From Serratia sp. AKBS12 (GTDB taxonomy: Bacteria; Pseudomonadota; Gammaproteobacteria; Enterobacterales; Enterobacteriaceae), in the NCBI RefSeq assembly GCF_024793895.1, contig NZ_JANUSB010000015.1:1607157-1631156 (forward strand): DNA of 24,000 nt, read 5' to 3'. Shown here piece after piece: positions 17,493-24,000 of the stretch. A program made the position numbers and the translations under genes. Below the pieces are notes generated by a model, which was given only the letters and a program-made list of their open reading frames with translations, ran no database searches and was not told the DNA's origin. Each line of letters opens with the position of its first letter. The stretch's first letter is position 1.

Positions 17493-17613
17493 CGGCAGAT
17501 GCTCAAGGTATGCAAGCCCAAGCATCCGGCTGGCAGTGTCTCACGCTAACGTAACGATATTAATAAGAATTATCGCTATTTTATCCTCAGACGGCATTTT
17601 TCCTCCCGAGGCT

Positions 17614-18957
17614 TTACATCAGCCAGCCCAACAGCAGCGTTGCTCCAATTACCGTTGACGCACCGCCAATACGCGTCGCAATCTGGGCGAACGGCATCAA
17701 CCCCATACGGTTGGACGCCGACAAAATCGCCACGTCGCCAGTACCGCCCAGGCCGCTGTGACAGCAGGTAACGATGGCCGCTTCCACCGGGAACATTTTC
17801 AAATAGGGGGCAATCAGGAAACTCACCACCCCCATCGACAATACTACCGAGCCGCAGACGATCACATAGCCAAGCGAGAATACCGCCACCACACTCTCCA
17901 GCGGCACATACAGCATGCCCAGCCCAATCATCAGCGGCCACACCAGAGCGGCGGAAACGAACTTGTAAAAACTGTGCGCGCCGGTTTCCATGCTGGCCGG
18001 AATGATGCGGCAGTATTTGCACAATACCGCAAACAAAATCATCAATACAGGGCCGGGAATGTGCACGATATGCTCAAACAGCCCGCCGACGATAAAGAAG
18101 GCGCAAATCACCAGCAGGCCACCGCCCATCAGTTGGAAATCCACCTGACCACTCTGCTGTTTTATCGCAAACACCGCATTCTCCTGTGCCGAACGGATCA
18201 GCATGCCGTCACCGCTCAGCGTCTTGCGCTGCATGCCGATCCGCGCCAGCACCCCGGCGGTCACGATGGCAAAAATGTTGCCCATGACCGCTGCCGGCGC
18301 CAGTTGCGCAACGTAGACATCCGGCGTGGCGCCCAGAATGGCGGAATAGGCTAGCGACAACGGCAGAATCCCCTCGCCAATGCCACCGCCGATGATCGGC
18401 ACAATGATAAAGAAAAAGGTGTGGTAGAAGCTAAAGCCAAACAGCTGGCCCACCAACAGCCCGGTAGCCACCGCGGTTACCGTTCCAACCACCAGCGGCA
18501 CAAACATCCGTATCATGCCCTGGATCAGAATCACCCGGTGCATCCCCAAAATGCTGCCGACCACCAGACTGGCGATAACGAAATACAGCAGGTTGGCATC
18601 CTTCATCAGCAAATGCACCGTAGCCATGACGTTCGGCTGAAACAGGCCAAAGTACACCAGTACCGACGGTACCATCAGGCATAAAATTGCCGGACCACCA
18701 ATATCGCGCAGCAGCGGTATGCTTTTGCCTAATTGCGCCAATGCAAAACCCAGCGTCATGATCACCGCCAACCCGCCGATCATGTTTTTGGGCAAAAAGT
18801 TGGCATAAGCGGAAACCGCCACGATGGCGCTAATAGTGATGAACAAGGCTATCGGCACCGCACCGATATCCAGCTGACGTATTTGGTTAATTATTCCGGA
18901 TGAGTCCGATTGCGCTGTATTTTTCTCACAGGCAAGTTCTGCGTTTAACTGTTTCAT
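17614..18957 (-). CDS. 2-hydroxycarboxylate transporter family permease (CitS/CimH/MleP-like; citrate or malate symporter)
   Basis: 447 aa and polytopic. PIIGGGIGEGILPLSLAYSAILG and CHSGLGGTGDVAILSASNRMGLMPFAQIATRIGGA align with remembered K. pneumoniae CitS segments (PIMGGGNGAGAVPLSEIY; CMANRGGSGDLEVLSACNRMNLISYAQISSRLGGG). Confidence 0.9.
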   Translation of the reverse strand: MKQLNAELACEKNTAQSDSSGIINQIRQLDIGAVPIALFITISAIVAVSAYANFLPKNMIGGLAVIMTLGFALAQLGKSIPLLRDIGGPAILCLMVPSVLVYFGLFQPNVMATVHLLMKDANLLYFVIASLVVGSILGMHRVILIQGMIRMFVPLVVGTVTAVATGLLVGQLFGFSFYHTFFFIIVPIIGGGIGEGILPLSLAYSAILGATPDVYVAQLAPAAVMGNIFAIVTAGVLARIGMQRKTLSGDGMLIRSAQENAVFAIKQQSGQVDFQLMGGGLLVICAFFIVGGLFEHIVHIPGPVLMILFAVLCKYCRIIPASMETGAHSFYKFVSAALVWPLMIGLGMLYVPLESVVAVFSLGYVIVCGSVVLSMGVVSFLIAPYLKMFPVEAAIVTCCHSGLGGTGDVAILSASNRMGLMPFAQIATRIGGASTVIGATLLLGWLM

Positions 18958-19390
18958 TATTCACCCTGCTGAAAAGTGTCGGGACTGAAGAGCTCCGCCG
19001 AATGGCAATCAGTTAAATTAATAAATAAAAACAACAACTAATCACAACCCCGCAAGCGGATGGGATGGATTCTTATTTGTGGGTAAAACACTAGACAACC
19101 CAGACGATATGATAAAAAATAAAAAATCAGAACAAAATTAACCCACGTAAATTAAATATTGTGAGGCTGCGCCAAGGTTGATTTTAATTAATTATCGTCA
19201 GCGTTTTGTAATTAAATTAATCAGTCAAAAATTCGCTGCTATGCTATACGGGAAAGCCTGTCGTCAGGCCTTTCATTAATAAGAATCGGAACGGTGCACG
19301 CTGAATCCGGTCAGCTACATCTGAACCCGTATTTCAATGCGCGGCAGCATATTGAAAACGGGCATAATATCGCCAATAAGGAAGTAGAAT

Positions 19391-21010
19391 ATGTCTTCAA
19401 CCGCTGTTACCCCTCAAACCCTCGCACGTTATGGTATTCACCACGCAATCGATGTCGTCTACAACCCGAGCTATGAACTGCTGTTCAACGAAGAGACGCG
19501 CGCCGGCCTGCCGGCACTGGAGCGCGGCACCCTGACCAGCCTGGGTGCCGTCAATGTGGATACCGGTGAATTCACCGGTCGTTCGCCAAAAGACAAATAT
19601 ATCGTGCGCGACGACACGACCCGCGACACCGTCTGGTGGTCCGATAACGGTACCGGTAAAAACGACAACCAGCCGCTGTCGCCAGAGGTCTGGCAGCAGT
19701 TGAAAGCGCGGGTTGGCGAACAACTGTCCGGCAAGCGCCTGTTTATCGTGGACGCATTCTGCGGCGCCAACGCCGATAGCCGTTTGAAGGTACGCTTCAT
19801 TACCGAAGTCGCCTGGCAGGCGCACTTTGTAAAAAACATGTTCATTCGCCCCAGCGACGGCGAGCTGGCAGACTTTGAGCCGGACTTTGTGGTGATGAAC
19901 GGCGCCAAGTGCACCAATCCGGACTGGCAGCAACAGGGCATGCACTCTGAAAACTTCGTTGCCTTTAACCTGACCGAACGTATGCAGCTGATTGGCGGCA
20001 CCTGGTACGGCGGCGAAATGAAGAAAGGCATGTTCTCGATCATGAACTACCTGCTGCCGCTGCGGGGCATCGCCTCGATGCACTGCTCGGCCAACGTCGG
20101 CGAGCAAGGCGACGTGGCGGTGTTCTTTGGCCTGTCCGGTACCGGCAAGACCACGCTGTCCACCGATCCAAAACGCCAGTTGATCGGCGATGACGAGCAC
20201 GGCTGGGATGACGACGGCGTATTCAACTTCGAGGGCGGCTGCTACGCCAAGACCATCAAGCTGTCGCCGCAGGCCGAACCGGAGATTTACCAGGCAATTC
20301 GCCGCGACGCGCTGTTGGAGAACGTGGTGGTGCGTGACAATGGCACCGTCGATTTCGACGACGCCAGCAAAACGGAAAACACCCGCGTGTCCTACCCGAT
20401 TTACCATATCGACAACATCGTCAAACCGGTATCAAAAGCGGGCCATGCGCAGAAAATCATTTTCCTTACCGCTGACGCCTTCGGCGTACTGCCGCCGGTG
20501 TCACGCCTGACGCCGGAACAAACCCAGTATCACTTCCTGTCCGGCTTCACCGCCAAGCTGGCCGGCACCGAACGCGGCATCACCACGCCGACGCCAACGT
20601 TCTCCGCCTGTTTTGGCGCGGCATTTCTGACGCTGCACCCCACCCGGTATGCCGAAGTGCTGGTGAAACGCATGGAGGCTGCCGGCGCCCAGGCCTATCT
20701 GGTCAATACCGGCTGGAACGGCAGCGGCAAGCGAATCTCGATCAAGGACACACGCGGCATTATCGACGCCATATTGAGCGGCGATATCGATCAGGCCGAC
20801 ACCTTTACCCTGCCAATTTTTGGGCTGGCGGTGCCGACCGCATTGCCGGGAGTCGATCCGTCGATTCTTGACCCACGCAAAACCTACGCCGACGAATCGC
20901 TGTGGCAAGAAAAGGCCGAAGATCTGGCACAGCGCTTTATCGACAACTTCGCCAAATACACCGTTACCCCAGCCGGTGAAAAGCTGCTGGGGGCCGGGCC
21001 GACGCTGTAA
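19391..21010 (+). CDS. pckA: Phosphoenolpyruvate carboxykinase (ATP)
   Basis: 539 aa. Motifs seen: [22 protein letters not shown], kinase-1a [19 protein letters not shown]. It is collinear with E. coli PckA (540 aa). AAGGAA SD lies 7 nt upstream. Confidence 0.95.
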   Translation: MSSTAVTPQTLARYGIHHAIDVVYNPSYELLFNEETRAGLPALERGTLTSLGAVNVDTGEFTGRSPKDKYIVRDDTTRDTVWWSDNGTGKNDNQPLSPEVWQQLKARVGEQLSGKRLFIVDAFCGANADSRLKVRFITEVAWQAHFVKNMFIRPSDGELADFEPDFVVMNGAKCTNPDWQQQGMHSENFVAFNLTERMQLIGGTWYGGEMKKGMFSIMNYLLPLRGIASMHCSANVGEQGDVAVFFGLSGTGKTTLSTDPKRQLIGDDEHGWDDDGVFNFEGGCYAKTIKLSPQAEPEIYQAIRRDALLENVVVRDNGTVDFDDASKTENTRVSYPIYHIDNIVKPVSKAGHAQKIIFLTADAFGVLPPVSRLTPEQTQYHFLSGFTAKLAGTERGITTPTPTFSACFGAAFLTLHPTRYAEVLVKRMEAAGAQAYLVNTGWNGSGKRISIKDTRGIIDAILSGDIDQADTFTLPIFGLAVPTALPGVDPSILDPRKTYADESLWQEKAEDLAQRFIDNFAKYTVTPAGEKLLGAGPTL

Positions 21011-21014
21011 ACGA

Positions 21015-21036
21015 CAAGGGCGCCCCGGTGCCCTTG
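21015..21036 (+). terminator. Hairpin after pckA (weak terminator candidate)
   Basis: CAAGGGC-N8-GCCCTTG is a 7-bp stem starting 5 nt after the pckA stop. No T-tract follows. Confidence 0.35.
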
Positions 21037-21130
21037 CTCCAGCCTGCCGGGGTAGTCCGTCATGCTCCGTTCACGTCTATCTGGCTACCCGTGAGCCATC
21101 CGATCCGGCCACGATCGCATTTACCGCAGA

Positions 21131-21165
21131 AATCAATTGATTGTTTTGCCATCTAAATTTAGAAC
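21131..21165 (+). promoter_or_regulatory. Candidate promoter with two perfect 12-bp palindromic operators upstream of the MFS transporter
   Basis: AATCAATTGATT (21131-21142) and TCTAAATTTAGA (21152-21163) have centres 21 bp apart. A possible -35 TTGATT (21137-21142), 17-bp spacer and -10 TAGAAC (21160-21165) overlap both palindromes. The ATG is at 21198. Confidence 0.35.
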
Positions 21166-21197
21166 GGTCGAACAATAACAGATTAACGGGGAAGGCA

Positions 21198-22505
21198 ATG
21201 GCAGCGCATACAGCGGTAATCGATGCCCGTCGTTCACGACAGGCATTGCTGGCCGGTTCGGTTGGCAACTTTATTGAATGGTATGAATTCGGCGTTTACG
21301 GTTTTCTGGCTACCGTCATCGCCGCCAACTTTTTCACCCTGCAAGGCGAAAGTGAGATCACCAGCCTGATACTGACCTACGCCGCGTTCGCGCTGGCTTT
21401 TTTCTGCCGGCCGATCGGCGCGGTGATCTTTGGGCGTATCGGCGACCGCATTGGCCGCCGCCCGACGCTGATCGCGGTACTGCTGCTGATGACGCTGGCC
21501 ACGGCGCTAATCGGCGTAATGCCGACCTATGCCGCCATTGGCGTGGCCGCACCGCTGCTGCTGACGCTGCTGCGCATGTTGCAAGGGCTGTTTGCCGGCG
21601 GGGAGTTTGGCGGTGCGGTGTCGTTGATGACCGAATTTGCCCCGCCCGGTAAACGTGGACAATACGGTGCCTGGCAATCGCTTACCGTGGCGCTCGGGTT
21701 ACTGGCCGGCGCCGGATTGGTAACATTGCTGGCCGCACTGCTGAGCAAGGAACAATTATACCAGTGGGGATGGCGCATCCCCTTCCTGCTGGCCTTGCCC
21801 ATGGGCGCGGTGGCGCTGTGGCTGCGTCTGAAGCTGGAAGAAACCCCGACCTTTACCCAGGCGCAACGGGCGCCTCGGACCGACACCGCGCCGGCGGCCA
21901 GCCTGCGTGGCGTGGTGACCACCATCCTGCTCGGCATTGGTCGCATGATGGGCTGGTCGGCCGCCGGTTATACCTTCCTGGTGGTAATGCCCTCCTATCT
22001 GCAAACCTCGCTGCACGCTACCTTCCAGCAGGCGCTGGTGGCTACCGTGCTGGCCAACGTCGGTTTTGCCCTGACCATCCTGCCTGCCGGCATACTCAGC
22101 GACCGCTGGGGGCGTAAAACGGTGATGCTGACCGCCATGCTTGCGGTGATCCTGTTTACCTTTCCGCTGTTGCATCTGCTGCAAGACACGCAATCGTCGC
22201 TGGCAATCAAAGGCATCGCCGTGCTGACCGCCGGTGCGGTGGTTGGTCTGCTGGCCGGCCCCGGCCCGGCGATGCTGGCGGAAATGTTCCCGACCCGGGT
22301 ACGCTATACCGGCCTCGGGCTGGCCTATTCGTTGTCCAATGCGGTGTTTTCCGGCTCCGCCGGACTGATCATCACCGGCTTGATCAAACAAACCGGCAAT
22401 ATTGATATCCCTGCCTACTACGTAGTCGCCACCTCGTTAGTCAGCCTGCTGGCTCTGATGACCCTGCGACGCGACGACCATTTGCGCTCGCTGAACGAAC
22501 GATAA
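21198..22505 (+). CDS. MFS transporter, metabolite:H+ symporter (MHS; ProP/KgtP/ShiA-like) family
   Basis: 435 aa from ATG 21198, with a GGGGAAGG SD. The TTG start at 21141 in the ORF track is unlikely. GNFIEWYEFGVYGF near the N-terminus and the motif-A loop GRIGDRIGRRP are typical of MHS transporters. About 12 hydrophobic segments are visible. Confidence 0.88.
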   Translation: MAAHTAVIDARRSRQALLAGSVGNFIEWYEFGVYGFLATVIAANFFTLQGESEITSLILTYAAFALAFFCRPIGAVIFGRIGDRIGRRPTLIAVLLLMTLATALIGVMPTYAAIGVAAPLLLTLLRMLQGLFAGGEFGGAVSLMTEFAPPGKRGQYGAWQSLTVALGLLAGAGLVTLLAALLSKEQLYQWGWRIPFLLALPMGAVALWLRLKLEETPTFTQAQRAPRTDTAPAASLRGVVTTILLGIGRMMGWSAAGYTFLVVMPSYLQTSLHATFQQALVATVLANVGFALTILPAGILSDRWGRKTVMLTAMLAVILFTFPLLHLLQDTQSSLAIKGIAVLTAGAVVGLLAGPGPAMLAEMFPTRVRYTGLGLAYSLSNAVFSGSAGLIITGLIKQTGNIDIPAYYVVATSLVSLLALMTLRRDDHLRSLNER

Positions 22506-22511
22506 TGGCTA

Positions 22512-22534
22512 ATGGCCCTGTTAGCGGGGGCCAT
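22512..22534 (+). terminator. Hairpin after the MFS transporter gene
   Basis: ATGGCCC-N9-GGGCCAT is a 7-bp stem starting 7 nt after the stop, followed by AGCCTATTTCG (short T-run). Confidence 0.4.
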
Positions 22535-22571
22535 AGCCTATTTCGTGATGGCGCGCGCGCAACGCAAATGA

Positions 22572-22841
22572 GGTGTTTCTCGAGGCCGGTGGCTATTCCT
22601 CGCCCCGCTGCTGGTCAAACGCATCGGTATCACGCCAGGCCTGTTGCTGGCCAGTAGCGCGGTGGCACTGCATATGTTCGGCTTCGGCCCGATCCGTATG
22701 ATGTATTCTGCGGCTCAAAGCATTGGGGGGCCTGCCATCAGCCACGATCCGCTGCACCGCCAGTCGATGCCGATTGCGCGTTTGTCGAACTGGACGCCGG
22801 GCACGCTTTCTACGCGCCCAGGGCTTTACCGCCGCCGTTAG
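22572..22841 (+). pseudogene. Possible decayed fragment of a LacY/HcaT-like MFS permease (no start, about 90 codons)
   Basis: The stop-to-stop reading frame translates ...WLFLAPLLVKRIGITPGLLLASSAVALHMFGFGPIRMMYSAA.... This resembles the LacY stretch [20 protein letters not shown]...LKTLHMFEVPF but with an internal gap. There is no room for an N-terminal 300 aa, because the upstream gene ends at 22505. The call rests on my recollection only. Confidence 0.25.
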
Positions 22842-23422
22842 CCACCACTCGGATTATGCGGCCTGATGTCAGCCCATAACGCCAACGCGTTTGGCGTCAA
22901 CGGCGCCAGTTGACAGGCACCGTCCATCGCCGACCACCAGCCGCCCTGCCGGGTACTCAGCGTAAGCGGCTGCGGCTGTCGCAATTGCCAGTCGCCACGC
23001 AATACGTAGATCACGCCGGCATGGCCAGCTGGCAACGCCGTAGTGACAGCGATAGGCTGCACATCGGCGCTTTGGCGCCCGCGTCGCGTCATGATGTTGA
23101 AATCCTGACTGCTGCCGCCCGGTAAGTGCGCCTGTACTTCCAGGTCACCGGAAAAGGCAAACGGTTCGCCAATCGTCGTCAAACGATGATCGATCTGACC
23201 GGCACTGTATAAATGCACGCCGTCACCTTCCAGCAGCGTGATCGAACGATCGATACCGTTGAAGGCAGAAAATGGCCCCGCCTGGGCGATGGTGGCAATG
23301 CTGGCGCGCCAGTCAAAATCCGCATTGCCGAGCGGCAGGCTGACGATTTCGCGTGTCTCACCGCCACCGTTACGCCATGGGCTGACCGGCAGTTGGTTGA
23401 ATTCGAAACGGTGAAACGGCAT
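22838..23422 (-). CDS. hutD: HutD-family protein (Ves/HutD fold)
   Basis: 194 aa from ATG 23422, with AGGAGG 4 nt upstream. The ORF track adds one GTG codon. The N-terminal motif SPWRNGGGETREI is characteristic of HutD. The start overlaps the hutF stop (GTGATG). Confidence 0.85.
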   Translation of the reverse strand: MPFHRFEFNQLPVSPWRNGGGETREIVSLPLGNADFDWRASIATIAQAGPFSAFNGIDRSITLLEGDGVHLYSAGQIDHRLTTIGEPFAFSGDLEVQAHLPGGSSQDFNIMTRRGRQSADVQPIAVTTALPAGHAGVIYVLRGDWQLRQPQPLTLSTRQGGWWSAMDGACQLAPLTPNALALWADIRPHNPSGG

Positions 23423-24000
23423 CACGCCTCCTGCTGGAAGGTTTTCAACACCTGCATAAACGCGGCGCTGCTCTGCTGCTGTAACGCATGCCGCCCTTGT
23501 TCAATCACCTGCCGGCCGCCGACAAACACGTCGCGAATTTGCTCTTTGCCGCCGGCGAACAGCCAGCGATTAAGAATTGAGTCATCCGGCGCGGCAGCAA
23601 GGTAGGGGTCGTCGCCGTCCAGCACCAGCCAGTCGGCACGATAACCGACACTCAGCTGACCTATTGCCACACCGCATGCTTGCGCCCCCCCCTGCAACGC
23701 CTGCTGGTACAGCACATCCGCTACCGCTGGCTGTTGTGCGGTGGTCAAACGATTGCGACGCCGATCGCGCAGCCGTTGACCATATTCAAACCAGCGCAGC
23801 TCTTCCACCACGTTGAGGGAAACGTGGCTGTCGGAGCCGATCCCCCAGCGCCCCTGCTGTTGCAGATAGCGGTCACCCGGGAAAATGCCGTCACCGAGAT
23901 TGGCCTCGGTGGTCAGGCACAGCCCGGCTACCGCCTGACTATGCGCCAATTGCGCCAGTTCAGCGTCGTCCAGATGGGTGGCATGCACCAGACACCAGCG
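23422..24000 (-). CDS. hutF: Formimidoylglutamate deiminase HutF, C-terminal part (5' end beyond the window)
   Basis: The frame is open to the window edge (...RWCLVHATHLDDAELAQLA...). Amidohydrolase signatures VHATH, TTEANLGDGIFPG and IGSDSHV fit HutF. Confidence 0.88.
   Translation of the reverse strand, partial: RWCLVHATHLDDAELAQLAHSQAVAGLCLTTEANLGDGIFPGDRYLQQQGRWGIGSDSHVSLNVVEELRWFEYGQRLRDRRRNRLTTAQQPAVADVLYQQALQGGAQACGVAIGQLSVGYRADWLVLDGDDPYLAAAPDDSILNRWLFAGGKEQIRDVFVGGRQVIEQGRHALQQQSSAAFMQVLKTFQQEA

Noticed and set aside
19157-19172. CRP-like half site TGTGA (19157-19161), and TGTGG-N5-ACACT (near 19076-19092), in the transporter/pckA intergenic region.
   Set aside because: The second half-sites do not match TCACA at the required 6-bp spacing. 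I cannot support a CRP site from the sequence.
22505-22657. 50-codon ORF starting at an ATG that overlaps the MFS stop (TAATG), translating MANGPVSGGHSLFRDGARATQMRCF....
   Set aside because: The translation is Arg/Pro/Gly-rich and featureless, and it runs through the terminator hairpin. It is most likely non-coding.

Overview
This window looks like an Enterobacterales chromosome, G+C-rich by eye and possibly Serratia-like, though I cannot confirm the taxon. The backbone follows the E. coli K-12 'yeb' locus: prc and proQ (minus), msrC/yebR (minus), then letA/yebS, letB/yebT, rsmF/yebU and yebV (plus). Three stretches depart from that backbone. (1) Between rsmF and yebV, which are adjacent in K-12, sits a complete six-gene Csu-type (spore-coat-U, archaic/sigma clade) chaperone-usher pilus operon at 9.5-15.3 kb. 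It lies behind a ~31% G+C control region, and I see no integrase, IS or tRNA beside it. (2) After yebV comes a patch of small, poorly characterised genes at 15.7-17.5 kb. It holds a tightly coupled ASCH-domain plus C39/papain-like cysteine-enzyme pair. It also holds two adjacent ~35-aa single-TM proteins, one absent from the ORF track but with a consensus SD, and a 69-aa YmgB/AriR-like protein. (3) Next is a metabolic mosaic. A 2-hydroxycarboxylate (CitS-family) transporter is divergent from pckA across a 433-bp AT-rich region. It is followed by an MHS-family MFS transporter with two perfect 12-bp palindromes in its promoter, a possible decayed LacY-like MFS remnant, and hutD plus the 3' part of hutF (minus, cut by the window end). 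I found no CRISPR array, rRNA, tRNA, transposase or recognisable defence system. The best candidates for something undescribed are the ASCH/papain-like pair and the small-membrane-protein cluster. All homology statements come from reading the translations against remembered family motifs. No database search was run.
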